Below are positions 7,553-16,402 of a stretch of 64,000 nucleotides of DNA, one piece after another. Location of the stretch: NCBI GenBank assembly GCA_963728785.1, contig CAVSKV010000002.1, positions 627,195 through 691,194 on the forward strand, written 5' to 3'. This stretch comes from an uncultured Gemmatimonadaceae bacterium (GTDB lineage: Bacteria > Gemmatimonadota > Gemmatimonadetes > Gemmatimonadales > Gemmatimonadaceae). Position 1 is the first letter of the stretch. Each line of letters starts with the position of its first letter. Below the pieces are notes generated by a model. It searched no databases and had not been told where the DNA came from. It saw only the letters and a list, made by a program, of their open reading frames with translations. Made by a program: the position numbers and the translations under genes.

Positions 7553-10126
7553 CTAGGGCGACCCGGGCTGGATGTCCGAGGAGCGCAAATTGATCACCAC
7601 GAGCCCGTTCGTTGTCATGCCGTACAGCTTGAGCACGACGCCGGCGGGATCGCCGGGAAGCGGGCGCGTGGCGCGGATCGGTCCATACAGACCGTACTTG
7701 AGCCGCAGCGTTCCGCGGTTGTTGAAATGGGCGACGTCAACGATCTCGATCGTCCCATTGGCCGAGGCGACGAATGCGATGCGGTCGTTCACGTTTGGGG
7801 TGGAAGGACCGGTCGCGCCTGGACTGAACGTGATGCCCGCACCCTGATTCTGCGAATCGTAGGTGCCCTGCAACCGCAGATTCAGCGGCTCGGGGATGCT
7901 CGCAAAGTACGACTCCTGCGAGCCGTGCGCGCCCACGAGCTGGCCGGTACTGTCGATGGCCAGACCGGTCACGATAGCGGATGCGTTGTTGATCAGATCC
8001 TGCATGGAGATCGAACCCGACACCGCAAGTCCGTCGAAGGTCGGGGCATCGTGAGTCATGATGATCCGGCCCGGGCCTCCCTGGGTGTTTCCTTCGCCGA
8101 ATCCGATCCACTCCCGGTCACCACTCTTGGCGACGAAGGTCGTGTCGTTCAGGCTGAGGGTGGTGACGTCCAGTCCGAGTACTTCCTGAATGTCGCTGTT
8201 GACAGCAGCCTGAAGTTTGCTCTGGATGCCAGCAGCTGTGGAATCAGTGACGCACTGCTGCAGGCCGGCCGTCCCGGGGGTGTGGTCGCAGGCGACGATC
8301 AGGTCCGATACGCCGATCGAGCCGCTCGGAGCCTTGATGACGGTGAGGCCATCAATGTTGAAGATGGCGATCTGCGTGGGATCGGACGACTTGGCGCCGT
8401 ATTGCCAGATTTGTCGGGGGTCGGCGACCGCCTGGGTCGGGTCGATGACGCGAATGGTACCTGGCGTAGCCGCAGTAGTGGGCTGAGTGGAGTAGTAGAT
8501 GAGGCCGCCGGCGCCCTGCTGCACGTACTGCGGGCGGTCGGAGTAGCTGATCGGGCCGTCGTACGTCGACGTGTACGTGAGCGTCGTGTCACCCGCGCTG
8601 TCGACGTTCGCGGTCTGCGACTGGTGCAGCACATACACCACGGTGTTCCGCGTCAGGATGCGCGCCGAGAGATTCTCGGTGATCGCGTTCGGGTTGGTGG
8701 CATTGATGTTGACTTCGCTGATGTTCGTTCCGCCGGAGTTGGCAACGAGCAGCACGCCGGAGTTGGTACTAATGTCCATGCCCCACGGCTGCGAGCCCAC
8801 GGCAACGCCGTTGGTGGCGAAGGTCTGGGTCTGGTTGTTCCAGACCTCGAGCAAATTGAAGTTGGTGTTGGACAGAAACACGTTGCCGTGCACCGGATCA
8901 ACGGCGATATCGCCGACCAAGCCCGAGCGGGGAAGCGCGAACGTCTGGCCGTAGGCGACGAGCACCGAATCGGCATAGGCCGCTGCCTCGACGGACTGCG
9001 GCACAGTGACGCCTGTCTTGACCGAGTAGCCGACGCGGCCTGCCTGGTCCTCGGCGAAGCTGTACACGAATACCTTGGTCCCCTGCGTGGAAACCGGCAG
9101 GCTCAGCGGAATGGCCTGAAGCACATTCGACGCGTATGGCGGCGCGAGCGAAACGCTGTCGCGTTCGATCTGGTTGCCGACGCTGTCGCGCACCACGAAG
9201 CCGACCATCTGGATCCCGCCACCGGTGGCGGCGACGGTAATGCTGTCGTCGATCTCCGAACGCGGGAGCACGCTCTGCGTGACGCGCGGCTCGGCATTGA
9301 CAGCGCTGCGAATGAGCACCGAGATCGGCGACGGCGACCCGGGCTGGCCATTGACGTCGAGAGCCGAGGCCGTGATGGTGATACGCCCGCCGACTGGCGC
9401 ATTGGTCGGGATGAGCACCACATTGCTGAGTGTTACTGCGAGATTGCCGGGCGGGTATACCTGGGTGATGGTCGTGTCGAGCTTCGTCGGCCAAGTGGTT
9501 CCACCCTGAACGCGGAAGCTCAGGCTGGCGATGCCCTGCAAGCTGGTCGCGCTGGTGGTCACGGTCATGCCGACGCCTGCGGGCACGCTGTCGCCGGTTG
9601 ACGGCGTCACGAAGTTGACCCTCGGACCGGCTACGATGTGGATGACGTTCTGCGTCGAGTCGAGGTTTCCGGCCGAGTCGGCGACAAGCGCGATTACGAC
9701 GAGGCTGTCGAGCGTTGTATCGACGGGCTGTGCCGGTTTCAGGTAGCGGCGGACGGTCGTGTCGCGAAGGCCGGAGCGGAAGGTCCCGGCGGCAGGCACC
9801 GTGATCGGTGCATAGCGGGGCGTGCGCTGGAATGTCCCGAGGTTGACGCTGCCTGATTCCTTGTAGCCGCCGATCATGACGGTGCCGAGGGCGCGGTCAT
9901 CGTGCAACTGCACGACGACGAGAATCGAGTCGCCGACGTTGACTAGCGCGCCGACGGTGGGCGTGTCAATGGTAGCCGTAGGCGGAGTCTTGTCCGCTCC
10001 AGCGGCGGTCCCGCTGGTGGATGCACCACCGACGGCACCAGGCGCTGTGAGCGGCGTAGAGTCGCAACTGAGGACGACAGCAACGCTGACGGCCAGGGCG
10101 ACCAGGCGAACAAGTGGTGATTTCAT
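7553..10126 (-). CDS. Large lipoprotein with N-terminal Ig-like segments and a YVTN-type beta-propeller region; function unknown
   Basis: 857 aa. Signal peptide with lipobox (VAVVLSC). Three roughly 100-aa beta-sandwich-like segments. Then repeats resembling YVTN/lactonase propeller blades (GDIAVDPVHGNVFLSNTNFNLLEVW; GSQPWGMDISTNSGVLLVANSGG). It starts 18 nt downstream of the pilQ stop. Confidence 0.6.
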   Translation of the reverse strand: MKSPLVRLVALAVSVAVVLSCDSTPLTAPGAVGGASTSGTAAGADKTPPTATIDTPTVGALVNVGDSILVVVQLHDDRALGTVMIGGYKESGSVNLGTFQRTPRYAPITVPAAGTFRSGLRDTTVRRYLKPAQPVDTTLDSLVVIALVADSAGNLDSTQNVIHIVAGPRVNFVTPSTGDSVPAGVGMTVTTSATSLQGIASLSFRVQGGTTWPTKLDTTITQVYPPGNLAVTLSNVVLIPTNAPVGGRITITASALDVNGQPGSPSPISVLIRSAVNAEPRVTQSVLPRSEIDDSITVAATGGGIQMVGFVVRDSVGNQIERDSVSLAPPYASNVLQAIPLSLPVSTQGTKVFVYSFAEDQAGRVGYSVKTGVTVPQSVEAAAYADSVLVAYGQTFALPRSGLVGDIAVDPVHGNVFLSNTNFNLLEVWNNQTQTFATNGVAVGSQPWGMDISTNSGVLLVANSGGTNISEVNINATNPNAITENLSARILTRNTVVYVLHQSQTANVDSAGDTTLTYTSTYDGPISYSDRPQYVQQGAGGLIYYSTQPTTAATPGTIRVIDPTQAVADPRQIWQYGAKSSDPTQIAIFNIDGLTVIKAPSGSIGVSDLIVACDHTPGTAGLQQCVTDSTAAGIQSKLQAAVNSDIQEVLGLDVTTLSLNDTTFVAKSGDREWIGFGEGNTQGGPGRIIMTHDAPTFDGLAVSGSISMQDLINNASAIVTGLAIDSTGQLVGAHGSQESYFASIPEPLNLRLQGTYDSQNQGAGITFSPGATGPSTPNVNDRIAFVASANGTIEIVDVAHFNNRGTLRLKYGLYGPIRATRPLPGDPAGVVLKLYGMTTNGLVVINLRSSDIQPGSP

Positions 10127-10144
10127 CGAGAGGCTCCGCTCCGG

Positions 10145-12091
10145 CTAGTGCGACGATCCATCATCCGGGTTCACCTGCCCATCGTCGACGATGTGCGGCG
10201 TGATGAGGATGAGGAGGTCGTGCTTCTCTTCTTGGCGTTGAGTGAAGCCGAACAGGCGGCCCAGGATTGGGAGATCAACGAGCACGGGGATGCCGGTCTT
10301 TGAGATTGTCACCGTATTTTCGGTGAGTCCGCCCATGACGGCCGTTTCGCCGTCGGCGACGAGCATCGTGTTGTCGATCGACTGGGTGGGCACGACGAAC
10401 CCGACATCCGACGATTGTGCCTGGACGCTGGAGTTCTCGGCGTGCACCGTCATCTGCACCTGATGATTGCTGGTGATCTGTGGCGTGACGGTAAGGATGA
10501 TGCCGGTCTGCTTATAGCTGACCGTCGAGAGGGCGGCCGTCTGGCCCTGGGCGCTGTTGGCGTCCACCACGCGCACGGGCACCTGCGTGCCCGCCGTGAG
10601 ATTGGCGGTCCGATTGTTCAGCGTGGTCACGCTCGGCTCGGCCTGAACGTCGAGCAGGGACACCGTGGTCAGGGCCTGGATGAAGCTCGTGAAGCTGAAG
10701 CCGCCCATGGCTGCCGAGTACACGGCCTGGAGGGCCGCGCCGGGGACGGACTGCGACGCGTTGGCGATGGCCGAAACGGTGTTGCCGCCAAGGTAGATGA
10801 GCCCGGTGGTCGTCTGCGGCGTGCCCGTGGAATCGAGGCGCGGAATGAGCGCGTTGAAATACTGATGGGCGCTACCGATGTCATACTGGAGGCCCAGGGC
10901 CTCGAGCGCGGTGCGATCGACGTCGATGATCTTGGCCTTGATGTTCACCTGCGGCTGCCGCAGATCGAGGCTCTTGGCGTACGCGACAAGCGAGTCGACG
11001 TTCGACGCGATGTCGTAGACGCTGACGCTGTTGGTAGTCGTGTCGATGGTGACCGCCCCGCGTACGGGGCAGCGGAAGCTGGTGATGGAGCCCGGAGCCT
11101 GCTGGTCCGCGCCGGCGGCGGCCGCGGCCTGCTGCGCCGGCTGCGCCTGACCCTGGGCCCCCTGGCTGCAATCACGCGTGAGCCGGGCTTCGATGGCCTT
11201 CTGGAGGCCGAATGCCTTGGAATAATTCAACCGGAAGGTCCGGCTGACGAGCGGTTCGGTGGCCCGGCGGGCCAGAATGGAGGCTTGGGTGTCGACGACC
11301 AGGATTCCACTCGGGTCCTCGACGGCATCGAGCCCGTTGGCGTTGAGTACGACACGGAGGGCCACGTCCCACGGCTGGTCGCTGATGTTCGCCGAGATCT
11401 TGGCGCCTTCAGTGCCCTTGGAGAGGATGATCGTGCGGCCGGAGTACGCGGAGAATGCGGCGACGACGTCGTGGATGTCGGCGTTCTCCCAGTTCATAGT
11501 AATACGCGGTTGCTGCTGGGCCGCTGGTTCATACGCGGCGACGGGCACCGTCGACCGCGCGGACCGCCGGGCGGCGGGAGTGACGGGCACGGGCACGAGG
11601 TCGGCCGCCAGCTGGGCCGGCGTGCTGTCGACCGCGCCGGTGCTCGGAGCTAGCGCCGTGGTGCCGAGATGCCATGCAGTGAAGTCGGCCGATGTGCCGT
11701 CAACGCTCACGCGGATGCGGCCGTCTTCCTTGGCCACGGCGTAGCGGTGCGGCGCGTCGAGCGTGACCACCACCCGCACCACGTTTCTGGTGAATTGTGA
11801 ATAGCGAACACCGAGCACGCCACCGCGATCGGCCTGGTCGTAGCCGCCGGTCGGGATGTCGAGCGAGGCGCCGGTGATGTCAACCACGAGGCGCTCAGGA
11901 TCGTGGAGCGTGAAGTCCTGCACCGACACGCTGCCACCGATGCCGATAACCACTTCAGCGCGGCCGCTCGCCGGCACGACGCTCAACGAGGTCACGGCGC
12001 CTTCCTCCGGCTCCGGCCCACTCGCCGAGCGCCAAGCGCCGGCGACGAGCGCGACGGCCAGCGCCGCAACAACCGTCAATACGCGTTTCAT
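10145..12091 (-). CDS. pilQ: Type IV pilus secretin PilQ
   Basis: 648 aa. Signal peptide, AMIN-like N-terminus (VSVQDFTLHDPERLVVDITGASL), secretin N domains and a secretin C-domain (KTGIPVLVDLPILGRLFG). ATGA overlap with the pilP stop. Confidence 0.95.
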   Translation of the reverse strand: MKRVLTVVAALAVALVAGAWRSASGPEPEEGAVTSLSVVPASGRAEVVIGIGGSVSVQDFTLHDPERLVVDITGASLDIPTGGYDQADRGGVLGVRYSQFTRNVVRVVVTLDAPHRYAVAKEDGRIRVSVDGTSADFTAWHLGTTALAPSTGAVDSTPAQLAADLVPVPVTPAARRSARSTVPVAAYEPAAQQQPRITMNWENADIHDVVAAFSAYSGRTIILSKGTEGAKISANISDQPWDVALRVVLNANGLDAVEDPSGILVVDTQASILARRATEPLVSRTFRLNYSKAFGLQKAIEARLTRDCSQGAQGQAQPAQQAAAAAGADQQAPGSITSFRCPVRGAVTIDTTTNSVSVYDIASNVDSLVAYAKSLDLRQPQVNIKAKIIDVDRTALEALGLQYDIGSAHQYFNALIPRLDSTGTPQTTTGLIYLGGNTVSAIANASQSVPGAALQAVYSAAMGGFSFTSFIQALTTVSLLDVQAEPSVTTLNNRTANLTAGTQVPVRVVDANSAQGQTAALSTVSYKQTGIILTVTPQITSNHQVQMTVHAENSSVQAQSSDVGFVVPTQSIDNTMLVADGETAVMGGLTENTVTISKTGIPVLVDLPILGRLFGFTQRQEEKHDLLILITPHIVDDGQVNPDDGSSH

Positions 12092-12693
12092 GGAATCCTC
12101 GTTTTCGTGGTATCCATTAGCACCAACGAATCCTGGCGGTTCATTCCGAACTCTTCGATGGTGAAGATCACGGCCCGCGGAGTGATGCGGGATACACGCA
12201 TGCGGCCGAGCGTCTGCCCGACCATGGAGCGGTACAGCGTACTCTGCTGATCGCGCAGGATGGCCACGGAGCGGCGGCCGGACTGGTCGTACAAGATGCC
12301 GATCAACTTGAGGTCGGAGATCACAGGGCGCAGGTCGCTCGTGTTGATCAGCGACACGAATGGGTCACGAGTCCCGTTGCGGTCGTAGTCGAATACTTCG
12401 CGCATGACGAATGACGGGACGGTGTCGAGCTTGGCGGGTACTTTGCCATTGGGCCCGACCTTGCCACCCGTACCTGTGCCCTGCGCCGTGCCGGCCGTCG
12501 AGCTCTTGGTCGCCGCAGCCTTGGTCTTGGTCTGGGTCGACGCCACGGCCCGCTCGGTATTCTGTTCGTTGGCAATGTGCGTGTCGGTCGCCTTCTTGGC
12601 GTTCCGGGCCTTGTCGATGGCCTTGGTCATCTGGGCGTGCGCGGTCCCGGCACCGAGCGACAGGAGCACGGCCGCGATCAGGACGCGTTTCAC
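12088..12693 (-). CDS. pilP: Type IV pilus assembly protein PilP
   Basis: 201 aa. Signal peptide, low-complexity linker, RDPF motif (GTRDPFVSL) and a C-terminal beta domain. Position is between pilO and pilQ. GTG start overlaps the pilO stop (GTGA). Confidence 0.85.
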   Translation of the reverse strand: MKRVLIAAVLLSLGAGTAHAQMTKAIDKARNAKKATDTHIANEQNTERAVASTQTKTKAAATKSSTAGTAQGTGTGGKVGPNGKVPAKLDTVPSFVMREVFDYDRNGTRDPFVSLINTSDLRPVISDLKLIGILYDQSGRRSVAILRDQQSTLYRSMVGQTLGRMRVSRITPRAVIFTIEEFGMNRQDSLVLMDTTKTRIP

Positions 12694-13298
12694 TGGCCCC
12701 CCTTGGGCGGCATCGCCGCCTGCGAGGTATGCGCAACGTATGTCTGAATGTCGAACGTCGCATCGAGCAGCTGGACCGACGCGTCCTTGTTGCGTTGCTG
12801 AGTGTTGGACACGGCCAGCGTCAGGTTGATCGGCGCCACCACGCGGCGCAATCCGCCGACGTTGGTCAGGAACTCAGCGATCTGATGGTAGGGGCCGGTG
12901 ACGCCCAACTTGTACTTATAGGTGTCGAACTGATCTCCTTGTGTCACGCCTTCGGGTGACACCGAGGAGATATCGAGGCCGACGCTGCGAGCCGCGGTGG
13001 ACACCGATTCGAGGAGCGCCGGCACCTCGTTCCCCGTGGGGACGAGCTGCCGCATGATCTCCACTTCACTGCCAAAATCGGCCGACTGCGCCTTCAGCTG
13101 ATCGATGCTGCCGCGCGCCACGTCGAGCTTGGCCCGCTGGTTCATGGCATCGAGGCTGTCGACGTGCGTCTGAACCGTCGCCAGCGCTGCCGCTTTCGGC
13201 GTCCAGATGAAATTGAAGTACAGCCCCGCAGCAGCCACGAAAACGAGGGCCACGAGGAGCTTGCTCTGGTCTTTGCGATCGGTGGGCAGGAGGGCCAT
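12690..13298 (-). CDS. pilO: Type IV pilus assembly protein PilO
   Basis: 202 aa. Single N-terminal transmembrane segment, coiled coil, and a ferredoxin-like C-terminus (YKYKLGVTGPYHQIAEFLTNV). Operon position agrees. Confidence 0.85.
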   Translation of the reverse strand: MALLPTDRKDQSKLLVALVFVAAAGLYFNFIWTPKAAALATVQTHVDSLDAMNQRAKLDVARGSIDQLKAQSADFGSEVEIMRQLVPTGNEVPALLESVSTAARSVGLDISSVSPEGVTQGDQFDTYKYKLGVTGPYHQIAEFLTNVGGLRRVVAPINLTLAVSNTQQRNKDASVQLLDATFDIQTYVAHTSQAAMPPKGGQ

Positions 13299-13300
13299 GG

Positions 13301-14044
13301 CTATTTCACCGAAACCTTGAGCGGCACGCGTCGAATGATGCTCGAGTCGGGCCGCGTGTAGAGCATCGTGAGCTGAAAGTCCGTCACCGGAACGCCGTTG
13401 TCCAATGCCTGTTTCGAGTCGTCGAGCGTGACGTCGGCGAGGAAGGGTGAATTCTCGAGGTCGGACATGAACCGCGTGAGGGCCTGAATGTCCACTGTAC
13501 GGCCGAGCAGACGCACGCGCACAGTGTCGAGCGGAATCTGTGTTTCGAGCTTGGCCACCTTGTTCGCCTTGGCTGCCTCTTCACCGGGCGGACGCGTGGT
13601 GACGATGTTCTGCCCTTGCGGCGTTCCGGTATAGGACAGCCCGGTGAGCCAGGTGTAGGGCGGCAGTGCCGAACTCACCTCTTCGAGCACGTGCGGCCAC
13701 AGGAAGCGGTCGCCGTCAATGGCACGGATGATGTTCAACTGGCGCAGCAACGTGTCGCGCTTGGCCTGAAGGCGCGTACGTTCCTTGAGCACCGAGGCAT
13801 AGCGCGTGGAATCGGCAAGTCCCTTTTGTTCGGCGTCGGCGAGCCTGCGTGTCTGACTCGACTGTGTGAAATACATCACACCGACGGCCGACAGGCCGAC
13901 GACCGCACAGATGACTGCGGCGGTCAGCCACCGATCCTTGAACCGATCCGACAGCCCCGACCGCACGGACGGGAAGTCGAGGCGAGGTCCGCCTCCCCGC
14001 TTCGCCTTCTTGCTGGCGCCTGGAAGGAGATTGATTTCGATCAT
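13301..14044 (-). CDS. pilN: Type IV pilus assembly protein PilN
   Basis: 247 aa. Canonical N-terminus MIEINLLPG, one transmembrane segment, and operon position. Confidence 0.85.
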   Translation of the reverse strand: MIEINLLPGASKKAKRGGGPRLDFPSVRSGLSDRFKDRWLTAAVICAVVGLSAVGVMYFTQSSQTRRLADAEQKGLADSTRYASVLKERTRLQAKRDTLLRQLNIIRAIDGDRFLWPHVLEEVSSALPPYTWLTGLSYTGTPQGQNIVTTRPPGEEAAKANKVAKLETQIPLDTVRVRLLGRTVDIQALTRFMSDLENSPFLADVTLDDSKQALDNGVPVTDFQLTMLYTRPDSSIIRRVPLKVSVK

Positions 14045-14051
14045 GGGTGGC

Positions 14052-15095
14052 TTATGCGACCTTGCGCAACGCGAGCCCGATGGGGAGCATCAGGAGCGGT
14101 GCGACTTCGTCAGTGACGAGTGACTCGAGGGCACCGTCACGCACCTTCAAGGCCGCCAATGGGTTGGCCTGCTCGACGCCGAGCTTGAGGCGCTCGGCTA
14201 GCATCTGCGTGAGCCCTGGAATGCGCGAGCCGCCGCCACAGGTGTATACGGCGCGAACGGCGCTCGCCGTCCGCGAATTCGACGCCAGAAAGGCCACGGC
14301 CCGCTCCACCCCGAGCGCAATCTCCTCACCGCGGATATCGAGAATGGCGTCCAGATGGGGCGACCGGTCGTAACCCTGCAACAGCGCCTGCGCGTCCTCG
14401 GCGCCTACGCCGCGTTCGCGCTGCAGATCTTCACGGAACCGCCGGGTGCCTACCGCGAGATCTCGCGTCAAGATCGGCACCCCGTCCTCCAGAATGTTGA
14501 TGTTGGTCACTTCGTGCCCCACGTTCACGAGCGCCACCACCCCGGTCATCGCATTGGGGTGATTGAGTTCAAACGCGTTGTGGAGTGCAAACGCATCGAC
14601 GTCCACGATGCCGGCCTGCAATCCGGAGTCGGTGAGCACACGCAGCTTCGACTCCACCAGCTCGTGCTTGGCAGCCACCAGCAGTACGCTCATCTCGAGG
14701 CCGTCGGCTTCCGGGTCGAGGATCTGGAAGTCCAGTTCCACCGACTCCATATCGAACGGCACGTGCTGCTCGGCTTCCCACCGCATGAGTTCGCGCGCCT
14801 GCTGTTCCTTCACGCGCTCGATCTGGATCTTCTTGATGATCACATCACGGCCACCCACCGCAGTCACGACCTGTTTGACCTTCACGCCGGCCTGCATCAT
14901 GGCGGACTGGATGGCCTCGCCCACGATGCCGGGGTCCATCACCTCGCCTTCGACGATGGCGTCGACGAGCAGGGGCGCGATCGCGACTTTGACCAGTTCC
15001 GGTTCCGACCTGGAATGGTCAATCACTGCGACCTTGATCAGGCCAGAACCGATGTCCAAGCCGACTGTCGTCTTGCTCCGACCGAGGAATGCCAT
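14052..15095 (-). CDS. pilM: Type IV pilus assembly ATPase-fold protein PilM
   Basis: 347 aa. Actin-like fold start VGLDIGSGLIKVAVI and C-terminal TCGGGSRIPGL. Confidence 0.93.
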   Translation of the reverse strand: MAFLGRSKTTVGLDIGSGLIKVAVIDHSRSEPELVKVAIAPLLVDAIVEGEVMDPGIVGEAIQSAMMQAGVKVKQVVTAVGGRDVIIKKIQIERVKEQQARELMRWEAEQHVPFDMESVELDFQILDPEADGLEMSVLLVAAKHELVESKLRVLTDSGLQAGIVDVDAFALHNAFELNHPNAMTGVVALVNVGHEVTNINILEDGVPILTRDLAVGTRRFREDLQRERGVGAEDAQALLQGYDRSPHLDAILDIRGEEIALGVERAVAFLASNSRTASAVRAVYTCGGGSRIPGLTQMLAERLKLGVEQANPLAALKVRDGALESLVTDEVAPLLMLPIGLALRKVA

Positions 15096-15397
15096 GGGAA
15101 GGTCAGGGTCGTGCTGTGCTCATCACCTAGGGCCCTCGCCCGGATTCGGATGAGCACGGCGTCTGGCAGAAGGGAGGCAGCCGCGGCGCCGCATTCCCCT
15201 AAAGTCTCAGCACTGGCGAGTGCACCGCTACCGGGAGGAACCGCCCGTATTGGGCGTGGTAGCGGACCCTTCCGAAGTGCAGGACACACCCGGGCGAGTA
15301 TGACCGGTTGCGCCTCACCCTACACGACTTACAAACCTTGAGGTAACAACAGGAACAGCCCGTTTGGCGGGGGGTGGTACCTGCTGAATTGGCGGTC

Positions 15398-16402
15398 TCA
15401 GGGTGCCGGCGTCCAGCCCCGAAGCGGGAAGGGTCCTACCTTGCCGGCATGCCACGCGACATCCGCAGCCAAGCATGGATCGTAGCGTAACCTGAAGTCA
15501 GCGTTACTGTCAACCACGACCGCCGAGTCTGAAGGGCCGGCCGCCAGCAGGAGCCCTTCGACGACTGCCCCCTTGGCATTCACGTGGACGCCGCCGAGCG
15601 CCAGGATCACCCCGCGAAACACGATTGGCCCGGAAATGCGCAATTGGCCCTCTACTATTAAGAGGCCACGCCCCGAGCCCCCAACCAGATCAAGGTCTCC
15701 GGGGGCGAGGATCACGGCGCCAATCGGGACTTGGACTGGCCCCGCGGGAATCAGGGGTACAGTTGCGCGGGCAGCGAGCGATTGGAGTGCGACGCCGCCG
15801 AACGCCCGGTACGTAGAGTCCTCCCCGGCCGGGACCCACTCGACGTGGGTGCCAGGCGCGGAACGCCCGGGAGGAACCGCGATCGGGGCCCAGCTTTGCG
15901 GCGCCGGCTCGCACGCCGGCGCCGCGAGGGGAGCGGGCGGCAGGATCTGGAGCATGCCTTCGGCGCGAACGTCGCCCCCAGCGATCAGCGGCGCGACGGT
16001 TGGCCACCGAGGGCCGTCCACGCGCAGCAGCCAGGATGAGCGCGCGAAGACCGACGTGTCGGCGAGATCCTGAGAGCGGAGAGTAGCGAGATAGATCGTG
16101 CCGGAGATTCGCGTGAACCAACCACTGGAAATGGTGTTCGGTGCGTTCACCGGCGCGGGCACGCGGGCCGTGGATCCCGCGGGCTGCCGGAATCGCGCCG
16201 CGGAGTCCCAATTGGTGAGAAGAACGGCAGCAGCCAGGTCATTCGTGGCGTCGAGCTGCGCCACCCGGAGGGTGAGGCGATCGGAGCGGTCGTTTCGCTG
16301 TGCGCCATAGAAGCCAGCCACGAGAAAAGTGCCAGCTACGGCCAATACGACGAGCGCCAGGAGGAGTGCCACTCCGTTCCGACGGGGCTGGTCAGGGCGC
16401 AT
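15398..16402 (-). CDS. PilX/GspK-like minor pseudopilin (non-canonical N-terminus)
   Basis: I chose ATG at 16402: MRPDQPRRNGVALLLALVVLAVAGTFLVAG. This is the PilX/GspK-type hydrophobic N-terminus lacking Glu5. 334 aa. The track ORF (to 16777) has an implausible Pro/Arg-rich N-terminal extension. It overlaps the upstream gene by 11 nt. Confidence 0.65.
   Translation of the reverse strand: MRPDQPRRNGVALLLALVVLAVAGTFLVAGFYGAQRNDRSDRLTLRVAQLDATNDLAAAVLLTNWDSAARFRQPAGSTARVPAPVNAPNTISSGWFTRISGTIYLATLRSQDLADTSVFARSSWLLRVDGPRWPTVAPLIAGGDVRAEGMLQILPPAPLAAPACEPAPQSWAPIAVPPGRSAPGTHVEWVPAGEDSTYRAFGGVALQSLAARATVPLIPAGPVQVPIGAVILAPGDLDLVGGSGRGLLIVEGQLRISGPIVFRGVILALGGVHVNAKGAVVEGLLLAAGPSDSAVVVDSNADFRLRYDPCLAADVAWHAGKVGPFPLRGWTPAP

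Noticed and set aside
7532-9601. Very long plus-strand ORF (689 aa) antisense to the lipoprotein gene. Similar long antisense or shadow ORFs occur at 175-1074, 10415-11653, 20143-21798, 30558-31811, 35433-36512, 51807-53789, 45033-45842, 58245-59264 and 43413-44636 (minus).
   Set aside because: Their translations are Arg/Gly/Asp/His-rich with no recognisable motifs. Each lies opposite a gene with clear family signatures. Such open frames are expected in high-GC DNA because stop codons are AT-rich.
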